Shown: piece after piece, positions 15,608-22,539 of the stretch
Numbering within the stretch: the stretch's first letter is position 1
How the letters are laid out: the number at the start of each line of letters is the position of its first letter
Assembly: GCF_000025685.1 (NCBI RefSeq)
Contig: NC_013966.1
Span: 540,001-572,000 of the forward strand
Direction: 5' to 3'
DNA from: Haloferax volcanii DS2
GTDB lineage: Archaea > Halobacteriota > Halobacteria > Halobacteriales > Haloferacaceae
DNA: 32,000 nucleotides
Notes under the pieces: model-generated
The model's input: the letters and a program-made list of their open reading frames with translations, nothing else
What the model was told of the DNA's origin: nothing
Database searches by the model: none
Program-made: the position numbers and the translations under genes

Positions 15608-17146
15608 ATGACGACGCCGACCCTCCTCGTCGCGGGGACCGCGAGCCACGTTGGCAAGAGCACCGTCGCCGCCGGGCTCTGTCGCCTGTTCGACGACCGC
15701 GGCCTGTCGGTCGCGCCGTTCAAGGCCCAGAACATGAGCAACAACGCCCGAGCGGTGGCGACCGCCGACGGCGACGGCTTCGGGGAAATCGGCGTCTCGC
15801 AGTACGTGCAGGCCCGTGCCGCGCGGGTCGCGCCGACGACCGACCACAACCCCGTCTTGCTCAAGCCCCACGGCGACGGGGCGTCGCAACTGGTCGTCCA
15901 CGGCCGGGCGGCCGGCCTCAACACCGCGAGCGACTACTACGCGACCCACTGGGAGGACGCCCGCAAGGCGGCGGTCGAATCGCACCGTCGGCTGGCGAGC
16001 GAGGCGGACGTGGTCGTCGCCGAGGGGGCCGGCTCCATCGCCGAGATAAACCTCCACGACCGCGACTTGGCGAACATCGAGACCGCCCGCTTCTCCGACG
16101 CCGACGTCCTCCTCGCGGCCGACATCGAGCGCGGCGGCGTCTTCGCCAGCCTGCTGGGGACGCTCGAACTCCTCCCCGAGGACGTGCGCGACCGCGTCGT
16201 CGGCGCGGTCATCACGAAGTTCCGCGGCGACCCGAGCCTCCTCGAACCGGGGGTCGACGCCATCGAGGAGCGAACCGGCGTGCCCGTCCTCGGCGTGCTT
16301 CCCTACGACGACCCCGGCCTCCCGGAGGAGGACAGCCTCGCGCTCCCCGCGGCAGGCGAGCGCGCCACCGTCGGCGACGACGACGGCGTCGCGGCCGAGC
16401 ACGCGGTCACCATCGGCGTGCCGCGACTCCCGCGCATCTCGAACGCGACGGACTTCGGCCCGCTGTCCGAGACGCCGGGCGTCCGGGTCGCCTACCTCCC
16501 GCTCGACGCGACGCTCGACGGGGTCGACGGGGTGGTCCTCCCCGGAAGCAAGAACACGGTCGACGACCTGCTCGCACTCCGCGACGCCGGCTTCGACGAC
16601 GAACTCGCCGGCTTCGACGGCCCGGTCGTCGGCATCTGCGGCGGCTACCAACTGCTCGGCGAGCGTATCGAAAACGCCGACATCGAGGGCTCGGGAGACG
16701 ACGAGACGGTCGCAGGACTCGGTCTCTTGCCGATAGTCACGCGATTCTCCCGCGACAAGCGGGTCGAACCCGTCTCCGTCGAGTTCGACGGGGCGGGACC
16801 GTTGGCCGGCGCGACGGGGACCGTCGACGGCTACGAGATACACATGGGCGACAGCCGCATCGTCGGCGGTGCGACCCCCGTTTCGGGCGACGGCGCGGCG
16901 CTCGGGAGCGTCGCGGGGACGTACATCCACGACCTGTTCGCCAACGACGCGCCGCGGAACGCGTTCGTGGACGCCATCTACGAGTCGGCCGGGCGCGACC
17001 GGCCGGCGACGACGACGGGGACGGCGGGAGCCGACGCGGACGCCGACGAACCGGGTGCCGGCGACCCCTACGACCGCGCCGCCGCGCTCGTCGCCGACAA
17101 CCTCGACGTGGCGGCGCTCTGTGACTCGCTCGGACTAGAAGAGTAG
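15608..17146 (+). CDS. cobQ: Cobyric acid synthase
   Basis: 512 aa. The N-terminal P-loop-like block is [23 protein letters not shown]...[10 protein letters not shown]. The C-terminal GATase block is [13 protein letters not shown]...[10 protein letters not shown]...YEIHMG. Confidence 0.95.
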   Translation: MTTPTLLVAGTASHVGKSTVAAGLCRLFDDRGLSVAPFKAQNMSNNARAVATADGDGFGEIGVSQYVQARAARVAPTTDHNPVLLKPHGDGASQLVVHGRAAGLNTASDYYATHWEDARKAAVESHRRLASEADVVVAEGAGSIAEINLHDRDLANIETARFSDADVLLAADIERGGVFASLLGTLELLPEDVRDRVVGAVITKFRGDPSLLEPGVDAIEERTGVPVLGVLPYDDPGLPEEDSLALPAAGERATVGDDDGVAAEHAVTIGVPRLPRISNATDFGPLSETPGVRVAYLPLDATLDGVDGVVLPGSKNTVDDLLALRDAGFDDELAGFDGPVVGICGGYQLLGERIENADIEGSGDDETVAGLGLLPIVTRFSRDKRVEPVSVEFDGAGPLAGATGTVDGYEIHMGDSRIVGGATPVSGDGAALGSVAGTYIHDLFANDAPRNAFVDAIYESAGRDRPATTTGTAGADADADEPGAGDPYDRAAALVADNLDVAALCDSLGLEE

Positions 17147-17174
17147 GGGAGCGTCGAGACGACGAGCCAGCCGA

Positions 17175-18341
17175 TTAGTGACCGGCCGCCGACCCGGCGT
17201 CGGCGAGCCTGAACTGCCCGAACCGACCCACGAGGACGACCGCTCCGGCGATGACGGTGAGCGCGCCGAGCAGGAACGGAACCGTCGCGCCGTACTGCGG
17301 GCCGAGGTAGCCCGCGGTGATGGGCGCGAACGCGCCGCCGACGAATCGGAGGCTGTTGAACGCGCCCGAGGCGACCGACCGGCCGTGCGAGGAGATGCCC
17401 ATCGCCAGCGTGGTCAGGTTCGCGTTCAGGACGCCGCAGAAGAGTCCGCCGACGACGACGAGCGCGGCGAGCGCGGCGGTGTCGCCGTTCGAGAGCCACA
17501 TCAGACACAGCGTCGCCGCGAAGGCGACGAGCGCGCCGACGGTGACTTCGGGCGTCCCGAACAGCCCGTTCAGCCGCGAGGAGAGGACGGCGGAGCCGAC
17601 GACGACAAACAGGCCCCAGCCGAAGAACACGAGGCCGATTTGGAACGCGCCGAGGCCGAGGACGAGCGGCGTGTACGCGAGGAGCGTGAAGAAGCCGAAG
17701 GTGTAGAGCAGTCCGACGGCGGCGTTCGTGAGCACGCCCGGGTGTCGGTACGTTCCGAGCACGTCGCGGAGTCCCTGTCTATGCTCTGCTTCCGGTTCGT
17801 CGACCGTGAGGACGACGAGGGCGAACGCGACGACCATCAGGGCGCTCGCGCCCGCGAAGGGCATCCGCCACGACTGCGCTCCCAGCACGCCGCCGAGGAG
17901 CGGGCCGCAGGCGATACCGAAGCCGAGGGCGGCCTCGTAGAGCGTAATCGCGCCTCTGGTGTTCGCGGCCACGCCGACGATGATGGCGAGCGCGGTCGTG
18001 GTGAAAAGCGCGTTCCCCAGCCCCCAGAAGCCGCGGAGCACCGCGAGCGATTCGATGGTGGAGACGAGGGCGCACGCCCCCGCGAAGACGGCGACGGTGG
18101 CGAGACCCAAGAGGAGCGTCCGCTTGCTCCCGATTCGCGTGGCGAGCGCGCCCGCAATCAGGTTCGCAAGCCCCATGACGAGCAGATAGCTCGTGAACAG
18201 GAGTTCGACCATGAAATGCGAGGCCCCCAGTTCGCGGGCGATGCCCGGAAGAATCGGGTCAACGACGCCGATGCCGAGAAAGGAGACGAACGTTGCGAGT
18301 GCCGTTGCGAGAACGGCCGGGTGGAAATCACGAAGACCCAT
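17175..18341 (-). CDS. MFS transporter (drug-resistance type)
   Basis: 388 aa with about 12 TM segments. The N-terminus reads FLGIGVVDPILPGIARELGASHFMVELLFTSYLLVMG...RIGSKRTLLLGL. Confidence 0.9.
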   Translation of the reverse strand: MGLRDFHPAVLATALATFVSFLGIGVVDPILPGIARELGASHFMVELLFTSYLLVMGLANLIAGALATRIGSKRTLLLGLATVAVFAGACALVSTIESLAVLRGFWGLGNALFTTTALAIIVGVAANTRGAITLYEAALGFGIACGPLLGGVLGAQSWRMPFAGASALMVVAFALVVLTVDEPEAEHRQGLRDVLGTYRHPGVLTNAAVGLLYTFGFFTLLAYTPLVLGLGAFQIGLVFFGWGLFVVVGSAVLSSRLNGLFGTPEVTVGALVAFAATLCLMWLSNGDTAALAALVVVGGLFCGVLNANLTTLAMGISSHGRSVASGAFNSLRFVGGAFAPITAGYLGPQYGATVPFLLGALTVIAGAVVLVGRFGQFRLADAGSAAGH

Positions 18342-18526
18342 GTCGTGTCGGAACGCCAGCCGACGGATTAATCTATCGACTATATTATACGTGTGTGTCT
18401 CTCGTACCGTGGTACGCTAGTCACAAACGCTGCGGCAACACTCTCCGGGAGAAGAACCACAGCAGTCGATAGAAACGATTTCTGATACGTATGCGCTCTC
18501 GGTCGAATCGAAAAAAGCGACGACCA

Positions 18527-18554
18527 CACCAGCACCGACCGCACCAGCACCGAC
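18527..18554. repeat. Direct repeat CACCAGCACCGAC x2 (15-bp period) inside a 423-bp intergenic region
   Basis: Copies lie at 18527-18539 and 18542-18554, read directly. Confidence 0.7.
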
Positions 18555-18764
18555 GCGTCCGGGAGTCGGCGCAGGTAATCGTCGTTTCGGACGGTCGCCA
18601 AGAGCCACGGGCGAACACCTTCGAAACCGGGACGCCACCGCCGTCAGTCCCAGCCGGTGACACGCGCGTAACCACCTGACATCGCCGTCAGCGAGCGTTT
18701 AACATCCGATAGGCGCTACACGTTGTCGTCGGAGCACCCATCGACTCCACCACCACACTCACAC

Positions 18765-19421
18765 ATGTCTCAACAGAAATCCGACTACGTAGACGACGCC
18801 GACATCGACGCCGACCTCGACCAGCTTCCCGACGACGAGACCGTCGAAGCGACCGTCGAGAACCTCGAAGCGAGCGGGTTCGACGTCGTCGTCGTCGACA
18901 CGGCCGACGAGGCGCTCGAAGCCGTGCAGTCGCACATCCCCGCCGGCGTCTCCGTGATGAACGGCCACTCGACCACCCTCGAAGAAATCGGGTTCGACGA
19001 CTACCTTAGCGAGGGCGACCACGAGTGGGAGAGCCTGCCGGATCAGATTTGGGGCATCGACGACGACGCGGAGCGACAGGCCGCCCGCCGCGACTCCCAG
19101 ACCGCCGACTACTTCCTCGGCGGCATCAACGCCATCGCCCAAACCGGCGAACTCGTCGCCGCGGACCTCTCGGGGAGTCGCATCGGCGCGTACCCCTTCG
19201 CCGCCAGCAACGTCGTCATCGTCAGCGGTATCAACAAAATCGTCCCGACGCTCGACGACGCGCTGGACCGCCTCGAATCCGTCGCGTACCCCCTCGAAAA
19301 CGAGCGCGCGAAGGAGGCCTACGGCGCCGAGTCCATGATTGCGAAACAGCTCATCTTCCGGCAGGAAGTCGAGGAGGGCCGCACCACCGTCGTCCTCATC
19401 CGCGAGCAACTGGGCTACTAA
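18765..19421 (+). CDS. LUD-domain (LutC/DUF162-like) protein
   Basis: ATG 18765 lies inside the TTG-initiated ORF 18723..19421. It is acidic, and ...YFLGGINAIAQTGELVAADLSGSRIGAYPFAASNVVIVSGINKIVPTLDDAL... matches the LUD-domain core. Confidence 0.8.
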   Translation: MSQQKSDYVDDADIDADLDQLPDDETVEATVENLEASGFDVVVVDTADEALEAVQSHIPAGVSVMNGHSTTLEEIGFDDYLSEGDHEWESLPDQIWGIDDDAERQAARRDSQTADYFLGGINAIAQTGELVAADLSGSRIGAYPFAASNVVIVSGINKIVPTLDDALDRLESVAYPLENERAKEAYGAESMIAKQLIFRQEVEEGRTTVVLIREQLGY

Positions 19422-19583
19422 GTCCGACTCGCCGTTCCCTCGACACGTTCCCACGCTCCTCCGGGGAGCTTCCTGCGCCCGGGCAATCCATCACCACCAC
19501 ACCGGGCACCCCACCACAATTCCCCCGGAATCCACCGTTTTACGCGTCCTGCGTCCCACACCGGAGTGGCGACTGTCGCCAAC

Positions 19584-19657
19584 GAGAGACGACGAAAGGC
19601 ATCTAGAGACGACGAGAGACGACGAAAGGCATCTAGAGACGACGAGAGACGACGAAA
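19584..19657. repeat. Perfect 30-bp tandem repeat (about 2.5 copies)
   Basis: GAGAGACGACGAAAGGCATCTAGAGACGAC occurs at 19584-19613 and identically at 19614-19643, with a partial copy at 19644-19657. The embedded 11-mer AGAGACGACGA starts at 19585, 19605, 19615, 19635 and 19645. Confidence 0.95.
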
Positions 19658-19748
19658 CAACCCGAGCCGCGGAGGTCTCGTGAGTGTCACGGACGACGAT
19701 ATATCGAACCGTAGAAATGTTCTTGGGACTGGAGCCGCATCGTCGTGT

Positions 19749-19892
19749 ATGGCCGAATCCGCACACCTGCTCGGTACGTTCGACGAAGAAGACTGCACCT
19801 ACTGCGACGGCGACCTTGTGACGGGAAGTTACAAAGACAACGACGCCATCGTCTGCGACGACTGCGGCACGCCCGCGGTCCAACTCTGGTAA
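19749..19892 (+). CDS. Small (47 aa) CxxC...CxxCG zinc-finger micro-protein
   Basis: MAESAHLLGTFDEEDCTYCDGDLVTGSYKDNDAIVCDDCGTPAVQLW. Third-position GC rises sharply at this ATG, whereas the upstream part of ORF 19566..19892 has low GC3 and rare AGA/CGA codons. A TATA-like GATATATCG lies at 19697-19705. Confidence 0.6.
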   Translation: MAESAHLLGTFDEEDCTYCDGDLVTGSYKDNDAIVCDDCGTPAVQLW

Positions 19893-19952
19893 GGCCTCGA
19901 ACGAGGTCGAGCGAGTCGGCCGTCGGCGTCAGCGGTGGCGAAGACGGACGAC

Positions 19953-21179
19953 TCAGTCGCCGGTGACGATGCCGGCGACGCGCTCGCGGTCGAACAACCG
20001 CTCGCCCTCGGGAATCACGGGATACGCACCGCCGTCGTACGCCGGCCACGCGCCGAAGCGGTCGGGGTAGAGCTGTTTCGCCGTCATCTCGGTCTGGAAC
20101 AGGTTCATAATCGGCCCCTGCACCGGGGTTCCCGAGGGGTAGACGCGGTCGTTTCGGACCGCGCTGAGTTCGCCCCCGACGGGGTGGTTTTCGAGGGTCT
20201 CGCGAATCGACGCCACGTCGTAGTACGAGTCGATACCGTAGCTGTGGAGCAGCACGTCGGGGTCGATTTCGAGCATCGCCTCGAAGTCGTAGGAGGTCTC
20301 GAACGTCACGTCGCCGGCCGCGAACGCGTCGGTGACGCCGAGCGGGCGGATGTGCGAGGTCGCGAAGCCGGGTGCGTCGATTTTCGTCGGATAGAACGCC
20401 TCGTCCATGTAGATGACGACCCCGACGCTCGGTCGCTCCGACTCGGGGGGGAGGTCCGACCGAATCGTGTCGAGGAGGTCGCTGTGGACCGCTTCGAGCG
20501 CCGCGTAGCGGTCTTCCTCCCGGAACACCTGCCCGACGTTCTCGACGATTTCCCAGAGCGTGTAGTACTGGTAGTCGTCGGCGTACGGCTCTGGCGGCCG
20601 GGCGTGGGTACGGCTGTAAGCGTTACCGAACCACGGCGCGACCTGCTCGCGAATCTCCTCGACGTCCGACTGGTCCCAGCCGTCGAAGCTGGCCACGAGC
20701 GCCGGGTCGACGAGGTGGAGGTCGGAGTCGAGTTCGTAGACGAGTTCCTTGTCGATGTTGACGCTCCCCGACCCCGAGTTGAGCTGCGCGAGGTCGCTCC
20801 GGTCGAACGAGACGCCGTCGAGGCGCTCGTAGTAGGCGTCGAGCGTCCGGCCGCCGGCGTCGCTGTCGAAGCCGAGGGAGTTCACCGCGTCGCCGTGGCC
20901 GAAGGCGACCGCGGCGTCGGCGTAGACGAGGTTGTACACCATCACATTCTCCGGGACCGACTCGAACGTCACGTCGCCGGCCGGCGACATCGACACCGTG
21001 TAGCCGGCGGCGTCGCCGTCGGCGGCCGTCGTCGCGGCCGTCTCGGTCGCATCCGTCGACGACTCCGCGTCGTTCTGTCCGGCACAGCCGGCTAACAGAC
21101 CGCCCGCGAGCAGCGCGCCGCCGCCCTTGAGGCACGCGCGGCGCGTGGGCGTCGCCCGGTCGGTGAGGTCCTGATCCAT
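19953..21179 (-). CDS. ABC-transporter periplasmic substrate-binding lipoprotein (Peripla_BP_2-like), paralog 2
   Basis: Starts at the internal Met of ORF 19953..21272: MDQDLTDRATPTRRACLKGGGALLAGGLLAGCAG (Tat signal plus lipobox). It aligns with paralogs 1 and 3 along its full length. The upstream 31 codons are AT-rich promoter sequence. Confidence 0.88.
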   Translation of the reverse strand: MDQDLTDRATPTRRACLKGGGALLAGGLLAGCAGQNDAESSTDATETAATTAADGDAAGYTVSMSPAGDVTFESVPENVMVYNLVYADAAVAFGHGDAVNSLGFDSDAGGRTLDAYYERLDGVSFDRSDLAQLNSGSGSVNIDKELVYELDSDLHLVDPALVASFDGWDQSDVEEIREQVAPWFGNAYSRTHARPPEPYADDYQYYTLWEIVENVGQVFREEDRYAALEAVHSDLLDTIRSDLPPESERPSVGVVIYMDEAFYPTKIDAPGFATSHIRPLGVTDAFAAGDVTFETSYDFEAMLEIDPDVLLHSYGIDSYYDVASIRETLENHPVGGELSAVRNDRVYPSGTPVQGPIMNLFQTEMTAKQLYPDRFGAWPAYDGGAYPVIPEGERLFDRERVAGIVTGD

Positions 21180-21182
21180 GCG

Positions 21183-21267
21183 TTTGGGCAATCCTAAACG
21201 GATAAATCCGTTTCGGAGTTTCGGCGTGCCTAAATCGGTACGTCTATATGTATTAGGTCGCCCTAAA
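21183..21267. promoter_or_regulatory. Divergent promoter with three TTTAGG-N4-CCTAAA palindromes and two TATA-like boxes
   Basis: TTTGGGcaatCCTAAA at 21183-21198, TTTCGGcgtgCCTAAA at 21219-21234 and ATTAGGtcgcCCTAAA at 21252-21267. AAACGGataaatCCGTTT (21196-21213) wraps the minus-gene TATA. TATATGTATTA (21245-21255) serves the plus gene. Confidence 0.75.
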
Positions 21268-21273
21268 AGCACG

Positions 21274-22509
21274 ATGACAGACAGCGACGGACCAACGCGC
21301 AGGAAGTTCTTGACCTACGGCGGTTCGGTCGCCGCCGGCGGATTGCTCGCCGGCTGTACCGGTTCGTCCGAGTCGGACGCGACGGCGACGGACGCGGCCG
21401 CGACGGATACCACCGCGACCGCCGACGCGACGGCGACGAGCGAGTCGACCGCGGAGTCGACGGCCGACGGCAGTTCGTACACGGTGTCGATGGCACCGAT
21501 GGGCGACGTGACGTTCGAGGGCGTCCCCGAGAGCATCTTCACGCGGCTAACCCACCACGCGGGGATGGCGTTCGCGCTCGGCCACGGCGACGCCGTCAAC
21601 GCGATGCACGCCCCCGACTACTACGACGCGCTGTGGAACCAGTTCACGCCGCGTCTCCCCGGCGTCGAACTCGACTGGACCGGCCTGTACTCGTCGTGGG
21701 AGCCGTCGAAAGAGCGGCTCTACGAACTCGACAGCGACGTGCATCTGGCCGACCCCGCCAGCGTCTCCGCGCTCGGCAGTTGGAGTCAGGCCGACCTCGA
21801 CGAAATCGAGGAGAACATCAGTCCGTGGTTCGGCAACAGCTTCAGCGCGCGGCACCAAGCGCCGCCGACCGAGTGGGTCGACGCCTACGAATACTACGGC
21901 CTCTGGGAGATATTCGCCAAGGTCGCACAGGTGCTCCAAGCGGAGGCGAAGTACGAGGCGCTCGCCGCGGTCCACGAGGAACTGCTCGCGACGATTGCGG
22001 CGGACCTCCCCGCGGAAGAAGACCGGCCGACCGCCGTGCTTCTCGGCCCGAGCGACCTGGAGTCCATCTACGCCTACAACCTGAGCACGCCCGGATTCCT
22101 GACCGCCCACACCCGCCCGCTGAAGCCGGTCAGCGCGTTCGGCGACGACGTCGAGTCCGGGTCGACCGTCGACTTCGAAACGCTCCTCGAAGCCGACCCC
22201 GACGTGATTCTCACGCTCGGCGGGATGCACCCGAACACGAGCATGCCCGACATCCGGACGGGATTCCAGGACGACCCCGTCGGAGCCGAGATTTCGGCCG
22301 TGAAGAACGACCGCATCTACGCGCAGGGCGGCCGCTACCAGGGACCGATACTCAATCTGTTCCAGTTGGAGATGACCGCGAAACAGCTCTCCCCCGACCG
22401 CTTCGGCGCGTGGCCCCAGTACAGCGAGGGACCGTACCCCGAGATTCCCGAGGAGGAACAGCTGTTCGACCGGCAGCGCGTCGCCGACATCATCAACGGG
22501 AACCTCTGA
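21274..22509 (+). CDS. ABC-transporter periplasmic substrate-binding lipoprotein (Peripla_BP_2-like), paralog 3
   Basis: Starts at the internal Met of ORF 21178..22509: MTDSDGPTRRKFLTYGGSVAAGGLLAGCTG (Tat signal plus lipobox). A Thr/Ala/Asp linker follows, and it carries the conserved C-terminal block QGPILNLFQLEMTAKQLSPDRFGAWP. Confidence 0.88.
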   Translation: MTDSDGPTRRKFLTYGGSVAAGGLLAGCTGSSESDATATDAAATDTTATADATATSESTAESTADGSSYTVSMAPMGDVTFEGVPESIFTRLTHHAGMAFALGHGDAVNAMHAPDYYDALWNQFTPRLPGVELDWTGLYSSWEPSKERLYELDSDVHLADPASVSALGSWSQADLDEIEENISPWFGNSFSARHQAPPTEWVDAYEYYGLWEIFAKVAQVLQAEAKYEALAAVHEELLATIAADLPAEEDRPTAVLLGPSDLESIYAYNLSTPGFLTAHTRPLKPVSAFGDDVESGSTVDFETLLEADPDVILTLGGMHPNTSMPDIRTGFQDDPVGAEISAVKNDRIYAQGGRYQGPILNLFQLEMTAKQLSPDRFGAWPQYSEGPYPEIPEEEQLFDRQRVADIINGNL

Positions 22510-22539
22510 GCCGGCGACCGGCGGTACTGGCGCGCCCGC

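Noticed and set aside
15299-16930. 543-aa minus-strand ORF
   Set aside because: It is the antisense shadow of cobQ, whose own frame carries clear CobQ/GATase motifs.
17178-18371. 397-aa plus-strand ORF, plus similar long ORFs at 19935-21095, 8533-9546, 22729-24048, 24542-25408, 25209-26489 and 25354-26307
   Set aside because: All are antisense or off-frame shadows of confidently identified genes (MFS, binding protein, DUF1028, hutH, hutI, hutG). Their compositions are extreme (Arg/Gly/Asp/Pro) and unlike the acidic real proteins.
19584-19657. Possible CRISPR array
   Set aside because: The 30-bp units are directly abutting with no spacers. There are only about 2.5 copies, and there are no cas genes or leader. 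It is a tandem duplication, not a CRISPR.
19680-19748. Tat-like motif (DDDISNRRNVLGTGAASSC) in frame upstream of the zinc-finger ORF, from a GTG at 19680
   Set aside because: The hydrophobic region after RR is far too short for a Tat signal. Codon usage is non-gene-like, and a TATA-like box (19697-19705) lies inside it. It is probably chance or a relic.
19566-19892. 108-aa ORF that would translate the 30-bp tandem repeat as ERRRKASRDD x2.5, fused to the zinc finger
   Set aside because: Third-position GC is low and rare AGA/CGA codons dominate up to 19748. GC3 jumps to gene-like values exactly at ATG 19749. The repeat is therefore treated as non-coding.
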